Notes under the pieces: generated by a model
Database searches by the model: none
Told to the model about the DNA's origin: nothing
Seen by the model: the letters and a program-made list of their open reading frames with translations, nothing else
Made by a program: the position numbers and the translations under genes
From: Azolla caroliniana
Taxonomy: Eukaryota; Plantae; Polypodiophyta
DNA length: 64,000 nt
Direction of reading: 5' to 3'
NCBI GenBank assembly: GCA_043228905.1
Contig: JBHGNT010000006.1
Span: forward strand, 1,116,001-1,180,000
Shown here: piece after piece, positions 24,966-36,249 of the stretch
How the letters are laid out: the number at the start of each line of letters is the position of its first letter
How positions within the stretch are numbered: the stretch's first letter is position 1

Positions 24966-27900
24966 TTAAAGACGACGAGTGGAACGAGTCGGCGCTAATT
25001 GCGGACCGGGTTTGTCCGGATACTTTCGGTGGAAATCAGCAAGAAGATCTTGTGCATTGGCAACATTCTTGACGGGTTCCCAAGTACGTTCGCTCGGACT
25101 ATAACCGAGCCAATCGACCAAGTAATAAAGTTTGTTGCGAACAAGTTTGGAATCGAGGATGGCAGCAACTTCATACTCCGGGCCGGCGTCCAACTCCAAC
25201 GGGGGCGGCGGTGGTGTCACACGATCGGGAATGGTGTTTGCTTTATAAGGTTCAAGAAGAGAACAATGGAAAACCGGATGAATCTGAAGCTGCGGAGGGA
25301 GATCCAGACGGAAGGTGACATCATTAATCTTCCCCGTAATACGGAAAGGACCGAGTCGTCGATAATCCAACTTGTCGCACGGTCGAGTAGTCTTGATGTG
25401 ACGACGTAAGAGCCATACTCGATCTCCGATGGCAAAAGAGGAGGGAATCCGATGACGATCCGCATAAGTCTTCTGTGTGTGTTGAGCATGACGAAGGTGA
25501 GTAGAGAGATCCATCTGGATCTTGCGTAGCCTCTCCAAATGGTCCTCGGCACGAGGGTTGGTAGGTAGCTCCGGAGTGTCGATCACCGACCAGCGAGGAT
25601 GGAAACCGGTATAAGCGAGAAATGGGGAGACCTGAGTCGAGGAGTGAATAACATTATTATACGCAAACTCCGCAAAGTGGAGAATCTCGGCCCAATCGTC
25701 CTGTTGATAACTCAGGAAACACCGGAGATATTGCTCCAACGTTTGGTTTGTTCGTTCCGCCTGTCCGTCAGTTTGAGGATGGTAGCCGGAGGAGAGGTTG
25801 CAGGAGACCTTGAGCATCCTGAAGAGATGCTGCCAAAATTTGGAGACAAATTGCGGGCCTCGGTCACTGATAATACTGTCTGGTAGGCCATGATGCCGAA
25901 ATACCTCACGCATAACAAGAGCGGCGGTTTCCTCGCTAGTGATGGCTTTAGTACATGGCACAAAATGTGCCATCTTCGTATATCGATCGACAACGGTTAG
26001 GATAGCATCGAACCCCTTCGAGACTGGCAGATCTGTAATAAAATCAAGACAAATAGACTGCCATGGCTTACTTGGAATTGGTAAAGGTTCCAACAAGCCA
26101 TATGGATGGTGTCGTGGCATCTTTGCTCGGCAGCAAGCATCACAGGTCCGAACGTAGTCGTCGACAAAACGGCGCATGTGGGGCCACCAAAAAGATCGCT
26201 GCACTAACTCCAATGTCTTGGTACTACCGAAATGTCCCGCCGTATGGGTGTCGTGACAATGTTGGACGATTTGAAGGCGACAGGAGCAATCGGGGACATA
26301 TACGCGCTTTTTAAAGAATAACAAACCATCATGATATTCGAATTGTCGGTAGTCAATACCTGGTTGTTGAGACTGAGAACAGGATGCCCGAGAAGTATCA
26401 ATGTGCGCCAGGATGTCTTGAGCAAAACTATCCGTCTTCAAGGTTGCACGTATGTCATCGGTAATCCGTGAATCCATCGGGGTGTGAAAAATCCGCGTCG
26501 TGTGCAATCGTGTTGGTCCCAAGATTACTTGCTTTTGATTATCAAATGTTGCGTCACCAGGACGAGGTGCAAGATATGAACGCCGTGATAGTGCATCTGC
26601 TTTTCCTTGCTGCTTCCCCGGTCGATATGTGATTTCGAAGTTGAAACGCGTGAGGAATTGCGCCCACCGAGCTTGCCGTCGATTTAGTACGCGAGCGTTC
26701 TGAAAATAAGCAAGATTTTTATGATCGCTAAAGACAATGACCTGATGTGGAGAGCCCTCTAAGAAATGCCGCCATTGTACAAAGGAATCCACGATGGCTA
26801 ATAACTCCTTGTCATGTATTTCGTAGTTGATTTCTGCGACATTGAATTTGCGCGAATGGAAAGCCACCGGATGCAACTCTTCTTTATCGCCTTGTTGAGA
26901 AAGGATGCTACCGAGGGCGAAATCTGATGCGTCGGCCTCCATGATGAATGGTTTGCTTGTATCCACATGAGCTAGAATCGGTGCTGATGTAAAGGCTTTC
27001 TTAAGATGCCGAAAAGCCATATCTGCTTCGATGGACCAAAGAAATGCTTGGCCCTTCTTCGTAAGTTGTGTGAGAGGTAAAATAATCTTCGAGTAATCCT
27101 GTATAAACTTACAGTAGAAGTTAGCAAAGCCTAGAAAACATTGTACATCTCGTACCGACCGTGGAATTTGCCACTCTAGTACAGTTTGGATTTTAGCTGG
27201 ATCCATGGCGATGCCCTTTGAGGAGATGACGTAGCCTAGAAATTCCACTTGCTTGCAGTCAAAGCTACATTTCTCTAGCTTGGCAAAAAGACCATTCTCG
27301 CGGAGTCGCTTTAGTACTAATAGTACATGAGAATCGTGCTCTTCCTGGGTCTTCGAATAAATCAACAGATCATCCAGATAAATGATCAAACAGATATCCA
27401 AGAGGTCTCTGAATATATCATTTGCCATGTGTTGGAAGACTGCGGGTGCATTGGTTAGGCCAAACGGCATAACAGTATACTCGAAATGCCCATACCGCGT
27501 GCGAAAAGCGGTCTTCCACTCATCTCCCGGTCGGATCCGCACGAGATTATACGCTCCTCGTAGGTCGATTTTAGTAAAAAACTTGGCACCATTAACTCGC
27601 TCTAAAAGACTTGATATAAGAGGAAGTGCATACCTATTCCGGATGGTGACTTTATTCAATCCGCGGTAATCAACGACAAGACGAAGTGAGCCATCTTTCT
27701 TCTTGACAAAGAAGATGGGTGCACCGGCCGGAGATTTCGAATGACGGATGAACCCGCTTGCCAAGTTCTCCTCTATGTAGGCTCGAAGGACTTCTAACTC
27801 GGTGGGTGACAAGTTGTAAATTGGTCCCCATGGTGGCTCGGTTCCTGGTTGTAAATCGATGGGACAGTCATAGGGACGGTGATGAGGAAGGGTACCGGCT

Positions 27901-28547
27901 TTTACCTTGTCAAATACATCGGCATAAGGATGATATTTTGCCGGAAGTTGTATTGAGGAGTCCTTCTTAATAGTGCTAGAAGGATGTACTGATATGGCAA
28001 ATAGGAACATTGCCTCCTTGGGTCCTTCTTCGCGTAGTTGATGGAGTGAAATGGTCGAAACTCGGTGAGTTGATTCTTGGGGTGGTCGATATCGGACTTC
28101 TCTTGTTCTCCAATCTATGGCTGGATTATGTAATTCAAGCCAAGGTAATCCTAGGACAATGGGATGCTCTGGACTACTAATTATATTAAATGATATTATA
28201 CACACAAAACTACCTAGGACAACTTGAATGGGTTCTGATTCTTCTACAATATTCCCGGAAGCAATGGGACGACCATCAATGACCACCACAGATGCGGGAC
28301 AAGGAAGTTTTCTTAAGGATATCTGAGAAGCTTGGGCAAAATTTCGATCCATGAAACAGGAATTAGCTCCGGAATCTAAAAGTGCTAGGACGGGTACTGG
28401 GGGAGTACTTTTAGTACTAACAATGACTTGGGCTAGGAACACATTGCTAACTTGCTTGAAAGGAATGGAACCACTAATGGGCTGTACAGATCTAGGGCTG
28501 CTGTCCAACCAAATGGCTCCTATTTTGGCTGGACTCAATCGTTTAAC
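24966..28547 (-). CDS. pol: Pol: protease-RT-RNaseH-integrase-chromodomain, in the -1 frame relative to gag
   Basis: Motifs: LLDSGA (protease), YLDD (RT), EADASD (RNaseH), HHCC and DDE integrase, GPF motif, and a group-I chromodomain EYEVAAILDS..YYLVDWLGYSPSERTWEP. Confidence 0.95.
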   Translation of the reverse strand, partial: VKRLSPAKIGAIWLDSSPRSVQPISGSIPFKQVSNVFLAQVIVSTKSTPPVPVLALLDSGANSCFMDRNFAQASQISLRKLPCPASVVVIDGRPIASGNIVEESEPIQVVLGSFVCIISFNIISSPEHPIVLGLPWLELHNPAIDWRTREVRYRPPQESTHRVSTISLHQLREEGPKEAMFLFAISVHPSSTIKKDSSIQLPAKYHPYADVFDKVKAGTLPHHRPYDCPIDLQPGTEPPWGPIYNLSPTELEVLRAYIEENLASGFIRHSKSPAGAPIFFVKKKDGSLRLVVDYRGLNKVTIRNRYALPLISSLLERVNGAKFFTKIDLRGAYNLVRIRPGDEWKTAFRTRYGHFEYTVMPFGLTNAPAVFQHMANDIFRDLLDICLIIYLDDLLIYSKTQEEHDSHVLLVLKRLRENGLFAKLEKCSFDCKQVEFLGYVISSKGIAMDPAKIQTVLEWQIPRSVRDVQCFLGFANFYCKFIQDYSKIILPLTQLTKKGQAFLWSIEADMAFRHLKKAFTSAPILAHVDTSKPFIMEADASDFALGSILSQQGDKEELHPVAFHSRKFNVAEINYEIHDKELLAIVDSFVQWRHFLEGSPHQVIVFSDHKNLAYFQNARVLNRRQARWAQFLTRFNFEITYRPGKQQGKADALSRRSYLAPRPGDATFDNQKQVILGPTRLHTTRIFHTPMDSRITDDIRATLKTDSFAQDILAHIDTSRASCSQSQQPGIDYRQFEYHDGLLFFKKRVYVPDCSCRLQIVQHCHDTHTAGHFGSTKTLELVQRSFWWPHMRRFVDDYVRTCDACCRAKMPRHHPYGLLEPLPIPSKPWQSICLDFITDLPVSKGFDAILTVVDRYTKMAHFVPCTKAITSEETAALVMREVFRHHGLPDSIISDRGPQFVSKFWQHLFRMLKVSCNLSSGYHPQTDGQAERTNQTLEQYLRCFLSYQQDDWAEILHFAEFAYNNVIHSSTQVSPFLAYTGFHPRWSVIDTPELPTNPRAEDHLERLRKIQMDLSTHLRHAQHTQKTYADRHRIPSSFAIGDRVWLLRRHIKTTRPCDKLDYRRLGPFRITGKINDVTFRLDLPPQLQIHPVFHCSLLEPYKANTIPDRVTPPPPPLELDAGPEYEVAAILDSKLVRNKLYYLVDWLGYSPSERTWEPVKNVANAQDLLADFHRKYPDKPGPQLAPTRSTRRL

Positions 28548-29692
28548 TCTTCATCTAATTGACTAAGGATTTCAAATTTATTTGAGATACTTGGGCTATT
28601 AGTACTATGAATACTATCTGACACTCTATTAGTACTATTAATACTATCAGACACTCCGAAGGGAAGAATTGACTCGGGTTTAGTACAGGCGACGATTTGA
28701 TTTACCTGTCTTCTTGGCCTATGGGGACAATTGATGGCGATATGTCCTGGTCCACCGCAATAAAGACATAATCGATTGGCACGTCGTCGTTGCTTTTCTT
28801 CTTCCGATAATGGGCCGCGTCGACGCATGGTATCGATCTCCATCGGTGTCGAAGTATTTGCTTGAGGTATGTCTCGTGCAAACGGTTTAGCCGCGACTGC
28901 GGCGTAAGTGGGCTCTGGCCTAGAGCGTGGTATCTGTAATTGACGTTCTGAACGCCGTTCAAAAAGGCGGTTGTCACATCGAACTGCTCGACTGATTGCC
29001 TCCGTAAGAGACTTTGGTTCTTCGGGGAAAGTTAGAAGTAGATCTTTGACATCGTTTCGCAAGCCATAGCGAAACTGCTCCATTAGTGCTTGATCATCCC
29101 AGGGTATATCTGAAGCAAGTAGGCGGAAATCCGCCGCGTAGGCAGAGGCTGGACGATCGCCTTGACGCAATCGCCGGATCTTGTTGATCGCCGTCCTGAT
29201 GCTGTCGGTGTCTCCAAAGCAGGCTTTAAACTCACCAATAAAATCTTCAAAGTTATTAAGTAAGGGTGATTGTTTTTCTAGAAGTGGAGCAAACCATGCC
29301 AAGGCTGAGCCGCTAAGTAGCGTGCCTATTAGGCCGACTCGAGATGCATCAGTGGGATATCGGGAAGGATGCATCTGGATGACTAAGCGTACCTGATTAA
29401 GGAATCCCCGGAATTGCGAACGCGTTCCATCAAATTTCACAGGAAGTCCAATCTTGGGCTCTTTATGAAATCCTTGGGGACTGGATCCTTGTTGTTGCAA
29501 CGCTGCTTCGAGTTGTTGTACCCGTAACGCTAACTCCCCATGTTGTTGTTGCGTTTGTTGTTTTTCTAGAGCGATTTGTTGCAGATCCCCTATCAGCCGT
29601 TGGTTTTCTTGTTCCAGGGCAACAAATTTTTCTTTTAGGCACTGTAGCTCGGAGAAAACGGATTGGTATTCTTGGGCGCTAACAGTAGCCAT
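28535..29692 (-). CDS. gag: Gag (coiled coil, retrotransposon capsid domain, CCHC zinc knuckle CLYCGGPGHIAINC)
   Basis: 385-aa ORF with EPKIGLPVKFDG, LRQGDRPASAYAADF, TPMEID and a CX2CX4HX4C knuckle; PEG10/sushi-type Gag architecture. Confidence 0.93.
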   Translation of the reverse strand: MATVSAQEYQSVFSELQCLKEKFVALEQENQRLIGDLQQIALEKQQTQQQHGELALRVQQLEAALQQQGSSPQGFHKEPKIGLPVKFDGTRSQFRGFLNQVRLVIQMHPSRYPTDASRVGLIGTLLSGSALAWFAPLLEKQSPLLNNFEDFIGEFKACFGDTDSIRTAINKIRRLRQGDRPASAYAADFRLLASDIPWDDQALMEQFRYGLRNDVKDLLLTFPEEPKSLTEAISRAVRCDNRLFERRSERQLQIPRSRPEPTYAAVAAKPFARDIPQANTSTPMEIDTMRRRGPLSEEEKQRRRANRLCLYCGGPGHIAINCPHRPRRQVNQIVACTKPESILPFGVSDSINSTNRVSDSIHSTNSPSISNKFEILSQLDEELND

Positions 29693-30015
29693 AGTATAGG
29701 GAAAAGGGTAGGAGGATGAGGGAGAGTGACAAGTAGGCTAGAGGAACAAATTGGTTCAAACTGTCAGGAATAGCACTAAAACAGAGATGGAATTAGTATT
29801 AAGAACAACAGTACTATTAGTACTAAGATGACGGGATTGCGTAAGATTCCCGAGAGAGGAAGTGAGAAGAGGAGAGAGAGAGAGATAGCGAGAATGAGAG
29901 AGAGAGAGAGATGATGACAGCAGCTATATATTATGTGAAAAGATAAGTACAAGCGGCTAAGAGGCTTAAGACTGGCGTTGAACCAATTTGGTTCAAAACA
30001 ATGCCTTGTGCCTCC

Positions 30016-30080
30016 TTTTATAGTGTTTTTAGGAATAATCCTGAAGCTTCTAGAATGCTCCAGAAAGATCTGGAATATAC
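30016..30080 (-). promoter_or_regulatory. LTR promoter: TATA box plus heat-shock-element array
   Basis: TATAAAA on - at 30016-30022. GAA at an exact 10-bp period (30033, 30043, 30053, 30063, 30073), interleaved with ATC/TTC/CTC/ATC. Confidence 0.75.
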
Positions 30081-30136
30081 ATCAATTTTCTATGATAAAG
30101 TATAAATGAAAATAGTATCCTACAAAATACAATTCA

Positions 30137-30200
30137 TAATCTAATGGTAAGAGCTCGACCCATGTAGCATAAAGTCATGGGTTCGAGTCTTGCCATGACA
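30137..30200 (+). promoter_or_regulatory. tRNA-like Pol III internal promoter (A/B boxes) at the U3 tip of the 5' LTR, antisense to the element; identical copy at 24891-24954
   Basis: A-box-like TAATCTAATGG (30137-30147) and B-box GGTTCGAGTCT (30180-30190), 43 nt start-to-start as in tRNA genes. Confidence 0.65.
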
Positions 30201-30795
30201 GTATACACCATTTTTTTACTAATGATTATTAATCTCAATACCATTGATCTATTGATCCTCTTTTCAAGGTTATCATTTAAGGCTGAATAACAAGCAAAAT
30301 TCAATAACTTTTAATTATAGATGCTAGGATATCTTGAAAACAAAGTTGGAATTCTAAATTGCCACTTTTAATGAAGGTTTTCATTTGGCGGGTATTAATT
30401 GGGGGGTTTACCATTGAGGCTAGTTCTAAAGAGACATAATCTAACAACATGTATTTGGTTATTTTGAATTATTTAAGTGAAAGATAGCTCCTGGGATTCG
30501 GGGTTACATCTCTTAGTTTTGACATATATTATTTGATATCAAGATATTGAGTGATTGCACAATTCACACAAGTCGACCCAAAATTAGATATGGAGATTGT
30601 TTTCCTATTCTAAAATATTGGGAATTATACCATAATTGGGAAATCCGCAACATTTTTGTATTTGATAGTAGATATGGGTTTAGAGCATATATACAAAAGT
30701 TAAAGTGTTGATGTGAAAGTTTTGTTTTAATTGGGTGAAGTCAAAATTCTAACCTCAATCATAGTGTTTGTATGGCTTGTTAGTGTTTCAACATA

Positions 30796-31653
30796 TTCCA
30801 CTACTTGTGTCGTAGTGATTAGGAATCGACAATAGTTCGGTTTTGGCTTAATTGGTTTAGGAGTTTTTAAACGTGAACGACACCGAAGTGATCCCGAAAT
30901 TGTTTTCGCAAGGCCAAAGCTGAATTGAACCGAGCTCAAACCAGTTAAAGGAAACTCAAGCCTGAACCAAGCTGAGTTGAACCGCTAAAATGTTTAAAAC
31001 TGGTTTAACAGCTTGGTTCTAGCTTGCATTGAGCCATTGTCACTACTAGGAGCACTTGCCCATTGCCCAATCATGTCCAGCTTTCCACTACTTGTGTAGT
31101 AGTGACTAGGAATCGACAATAGTTCGGTTTCGACTTAAATGGTTTAGGAGTTTTTAAACGTGAACGACACCGAAGTGATCCTGAAATTGTTTTCGCAAGG
31201 CCAAAGCTGAATTGAACCGAGCTCAAACCAGTTAAAGGAAACTCAAGCCTGAACTAGTTGAACCGCTAAAATGTTTAAAACTGGTTTAACGGCTTGGTTC
31301 TAGCTTGCATTGAGCCATTGTCACTACAAGGAGCGCTTGCCCATTGCCCAATCATGTCCAACTTTCCACTACTTGTGTAGTAGTGACTAGGAATCGACAA
31401 TAGTTCAGTTTCGACTTAATTGGTTTAGGAGTTTTTAAACGTGAATGACACCGAAGTGATCCCTAAACTGTTTTCGCAAGGCTAAAGCTGAATTAAACCG
31501 AGCTCAAACCAGTTAAAGGAAACTCCAGCCTGAACCAAGCTGAGTTGAACCGCCAAAATGTTTAAAACTGGTTCAACGGCTTGGTTCTAGCTTGCATTGA
31601 GCCATTGTCACTACTTGGAGCGCTTGCCTATTGCCCATTCAACATGTCCAACT
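30796..31653. repeat. Tandem triplication (~281-287 bp) of a MITE-like unit with its flanks
   Basis: Units start at 30796, 31083 and 31364. Each contains an inverted terminal pair GTAGTGA...TCACTAC and many internal AACC(G/A)/GGTT motifs. Confidence 0.85.
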
Positions 31654-32479
31654 ACCCATTCAGATTTGGGGAAGGTCAAGGTCAAGGTCAAGGTCAAGGT
31701 TAGCTCCATATTTGAGGCGTTTTGACATCATGTGAATGCATTGAGCATGTGAAATTCACTGAAATTCTGAGCGGGACTAGAGGCAGCAAGATTTGTCTGT
31801 TGATACTTCTTATTTCCAATACACAAAATAGTAGGTTAATGAAGGATGGCTCTGTCATCTTCTTCTACCTAGTACAAGTAGAGGAAACAAATCATAGAAG
31901 ATTTAAAGGACATCAATTGATTTACCGGAAGCTTGGAAGGAGTGGGTTGTCCAAACTTTGTCACTCAAAATACTTTACTTGAATCGTTTATTAGCTACTC
32001 TACTTGAATCAAAGTGTAGGTGGAAATGCTTGATTTTCCCAGAAACTTGAATCTTTTATTAGCTACAATTGTAGGTGGAATAGGGATAGTGGTTTGCCCC
32101 CCCCCCCCCCCCCCACCAAACACAAATGGAAAAGAGAAGTCTTGCATACAACTGCTAAATCAAGGATGCATGATATGAAGCAGAGTTCTGATGTACAGAG
32201 GAAGTTCGAGGAAAGATGGAAAAGATTAAATTAAAAAATTTAGAAGCCAAACACTAGATATGATTAGGAACCTCTTCATAGGATAATGCTTCAACACTCT
32301 CTCCGGTGTTTGAAGCTTAGCAATGGCTCGTATGTGGATGTTCAAAAAGAAAGATTAATGAAGATATCGATCTTCAGGCATATATTAATGGAGGTGATGT
32401 CAATATACAGCCAGATTAGTGTTTTGCATTATTGCATATGTTACACTATGTTTATCACGCATACAAAATCAATATATCA

Positions 32480-32830
32480 ACAATGCTTATCATTTAACCC
32501 GAATGAATGGAAACCATTTTGGAACTACATTATCTCCTCACAAGCAGATGTAGTTTATGTTCAGGAACAAATGAAAACTGAATTCAGCTAGTGTCTGGGT
32601 GACCCATTAGCAGGTTTTGACATCTTCTATGCAGGTCAAGGTACAAAATCAGTACTCTTGTTCATAAAATATGAGTTACATCCAACGGTTGCAGATCATG
32701 GGAACTTGATGGTTGTGCAATGCATGATAAATGGAGAGATTTAAGAATTTATTGGAATATATGGCCCAAAGGCATCAATGGAAGAGCTCTGTTATGGCAA
32801 GCCATATCTGCTTAAATAGAAGATGTTTCA
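32480..32830 (+). mobile_element. Highly decayed LINE endonuclease (APE) remnant
   Basis: Fragments translate to IISSQADVVYVQE and MVVQCMINGE..FIGIYGP...LW, resembling L1 ORF2 endonuclease motifs; many stops and frameshifts. Confidence 0.4.
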
Positions 32831-35800
32831 CCCATCAATTCATGGGCTTACCTATCAATATATCATCAACTCTCCATACTCTGTAGGGTTTTGCAGATGG
32901 TGAATTGCATACCAATAAATAAGAAAATTTTCCATGTAAAATGCATACAACCATGCTTTGAAACTTTTATATAAATCTCGCAGTTGGCTTTTGGGAATTT
33001 TTAACAACTAAGTGAGACAAGTGTTCTTCAAGGGAATGGTCTATGATATAATGCCTCCTCTTTGCATGGAAAGTGATATGAAGGGAAAGAGAATGTGTTG
33101 AACAAGCAAAACTACTTGTCGAGCCCTAATGGAGGTGCATCCATTTTACCTTACAAGAATGCATTATGTATGGTCAAGCACATATTGATGCCACTAAATC
33201 AGAAAAGTGGCAAGTGAGGTGCTACCAATCTCATATCTTCCAGACCATAGTTGTGTTTTGATATAAATACAGATACATTGACAGTTGAGCCCGAATATTA
33301 TATCTATCAAGAAGGTAGATGATTATTAACTTCCAATTGTTAGACAAATGAATGTCTATATTGGAGAGAGGGGCGAGTGATTTATGGTCCCAATCGTGAA
33401 ATTTTGGCATGGTGCCGCATCACCCTTGAGGATTCCAATCCCTCGCTGCTACGGTTCAATATCAAATACTAAACCGTAGGTTCCAAATTTGAAGGTAGGC
33501 ATGGTGCCGAAACACCATTGAGGCATAGTACAATATAGAACATTAAGCCACAAAAATATGGAGAGGCCTATGCGTGATTGGAATGGTTGTTGCATATTCA
33601 GCTGCCACACTGTTTTCTTGAACTACCATAATTGGTGGAGGAAGTTAGGTGACCCGTGATTGTCAGATCTTTTCAAGCAATCCTTTAAGCAACCTCTCTG
33701 TATTTACAAACTTCAAACTTACATTCTTTACTCTGCTTGTTCCTGAGTCCTAATCATTTTAGTGTCTAATCGACACTTACAACAATCTTTGTGGGTTTTC
33801 ATCTCACGTCAAGGTTTCTCACTACTAATATGTATAAGCATTACAAAAATAAAAAGCATGCGTAAACGGTAAGAAGTGAAGGCTCTACAATGTGTACCAT
33901 TGTGAGTAGTGTGAGCGTGCATTATGCATGTGAGGTCTTCAACCCAAAGAGAATCGAAGTAAGAAATGGATGGTGGAGAAAGGTGCAGCATTTACATATT
34001 CACGAATGGAATTGATACATTACAACTTTTTAGGTGGAACAAGAATGAGAAAGACTTCATTATGTCATGGAACATTGATAATGAAAGACACAATTTGAGG
34101 CTCCTTTTCTTCGTCTATCTAACAAGTGTCATCTCCCAAACTCATTTCCCTCCTTTTTTATGGGTTACATTTTGCTCAATTGGAACAGTACAGGTTATAG
34201 CATTTGAAAACTTAGGTCTTAGTGTTCATTTATTCATATATGCCTTGTTTATATTATGTGATTACTAAGATGTGCTTCAGTTTTGTCGTGTGACTTATGA
34301 GGAGACTCTTCGCTAGTTGAGAGTTTAGTATTGAACCATACCTATATTATTGTTGCTGCAATTTAAACAAATGATAGATGTTTAAAAAAGATCTATAATC
34401 ACTTTTTTTATGGTCAAATTTTTTGAAATATCTACATTCATATAACCATTGAGGGCCTCCATTTTGACATTTTGTCCACTTTGTTTTGGATATAAAGTTT
34501 TTTAGGATTACACGTGCCTAGTAACTTTTGTTTGAGCATAATAGTGTTGTAGTACATATAGATGCAAAATAATTGAAATGTGGACAATAGAAATGCATAT
34601 TAGTCCATATTTATATTTTGACAGTCATAAAATCAATTTAGAGAATAACATGTGATATGAAAGTTGGACCATTACAATCTCCGCACATATTATTGTGGTA
34701 TGATTGATACCATTGATATGGTAACATATATCATGTCACTTTCAAGGTGGATTCTTCAAATGAATAATGTAGGTATTATGGTGGATTTCATTGACAAAGA
34801 AGGATCCTTCAAAGGAATCATATAGCGCACTATGAACAAACAAACCATGTGGCCTTGGGGGCGTCAATTTCGTAGCATCATAATCTTCATTCCATGTCAA
34901 CCTAAGGCGCAACCTAAGGCAAATGAAATAAGATGGAAAAGTGAGGGAAGTTATAATGAGATGGTTTATCAATGCATTATCTTGATAATGTGAAAGACCA
35001 CATTCTCGACGGATAACAATACTAGGATCTCTCTTAGAGTAGGGTAGAATAGGGCATTCTTTTGGTTTTTTCTTAAAGGTGTAAATTAATTACAATACAT
35101 AAAAACTATTCTTAGGTTGGGTTTAATGTGTTTCATCATGTAGAAAATATTTTGGGCAAAACCAATCCCCTTTTAGATAACCTCCACTTTTAGATAACCT
35201 CCACTTTTAGATAACCTCCACTTTATAAATTAGCATCAAGTTTGAGTATCCTTAAAGTTTAAAGTAGGTTTAGGTATCTAACAAAGGTTAACTCTACTAT
35301 ACTAGGAGCGTTGTTACAATGTTACAAACTTACAAGTTTGATTGTATGATTTTGCCTTCGGTGGAACTTGTAAAGACTTGATCATATTGCAATTCATGTT
35401 TTTCATAGAATTCAATGTTGGCACTTTTGAATTTCTTCATGGAGGCAATCTTCCTTATACTCGATCATCTTTGCAAATAGCTCCGAAGTAAAAGTGTGTC
35501 AGTATTGTGTTTCATACACTTTGACATTAATAACTTTGGACGAAGGAGAAAAGAGGCATAGAAATGAATTTTCTTTATGTTTTCATACCATACTTTGCCA
35601 TTAGTTATGGTATCATATTGTGCATCAATTTTACATGTAATAACTATAGTTATCTCACATTATTTGAGGATGGAATCTATTTGGCCAATATATTGTAACA
35701 TAATTATATTTTGTGAAATCTCTATGGTTTGTTATGTGTAGAATTGAGCCGGAAACATCCACAAGGAAGATACATTGTGATATCATGTTCTGAGTGATGC

Positions 35801-36249
35801 ATTGGATTAAGTTATGACTAAGCCTTGTGATAAAAAAATGTCAACTAAGCTTTGAGTTCAAATGTTATGGGACACACATTTTCATATTCTATATATCATC
35901 CAAGATTTCGTCTCGATTCTAGATTCAATTGTTTGGCTAAAATAAAGAGATGTATTTTCAGTAACACTTTATAGTACTTTGTGGGGCACATCGAGGTGGG
36001 GTAAAAACTCACAAAAAGAAAATTTATTTACTAACACAATGTTGTACTCAAAATCACCCAAAGAAGATTTGAAAGTTGTCTAAGGGATATATCATAGAGC
36101 CAAAGACAATCATGCAATGATTGGCTAAGAGACCATGTGAAGAAGACAAAGAAGAAAACGCATCTACAACATAGAACAAGCTGATTGAAGACCATGTGTC
36201 ACTGGTTACATACTATCCATATGGTTGATAATCCCCAAAATCTAAACCG

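Larger units (their letters stand above)
24514..30200 (-). mobile_element. Intact, very young Ty3/Gypsy chromovirus (Tcn1/sushi-like)
   Basis: The LTRs 24514-24954 and 29762-30200 differ, by eye, by one substitution and one GA unit. There is a perfect TSD GTATA (24509-24513/30201-30205), a PPT AAGGGGGAGATAG at 24955-24967, and uninterrupted gag and pol. Confidence 0.97.

Noticed and set aside
24999-29396. Antisense and alternate-frame ORFs inside the retrotransposon genes
   Set aside because: They are shadows of the long pol and gag frames, with no independent evidence of coding.
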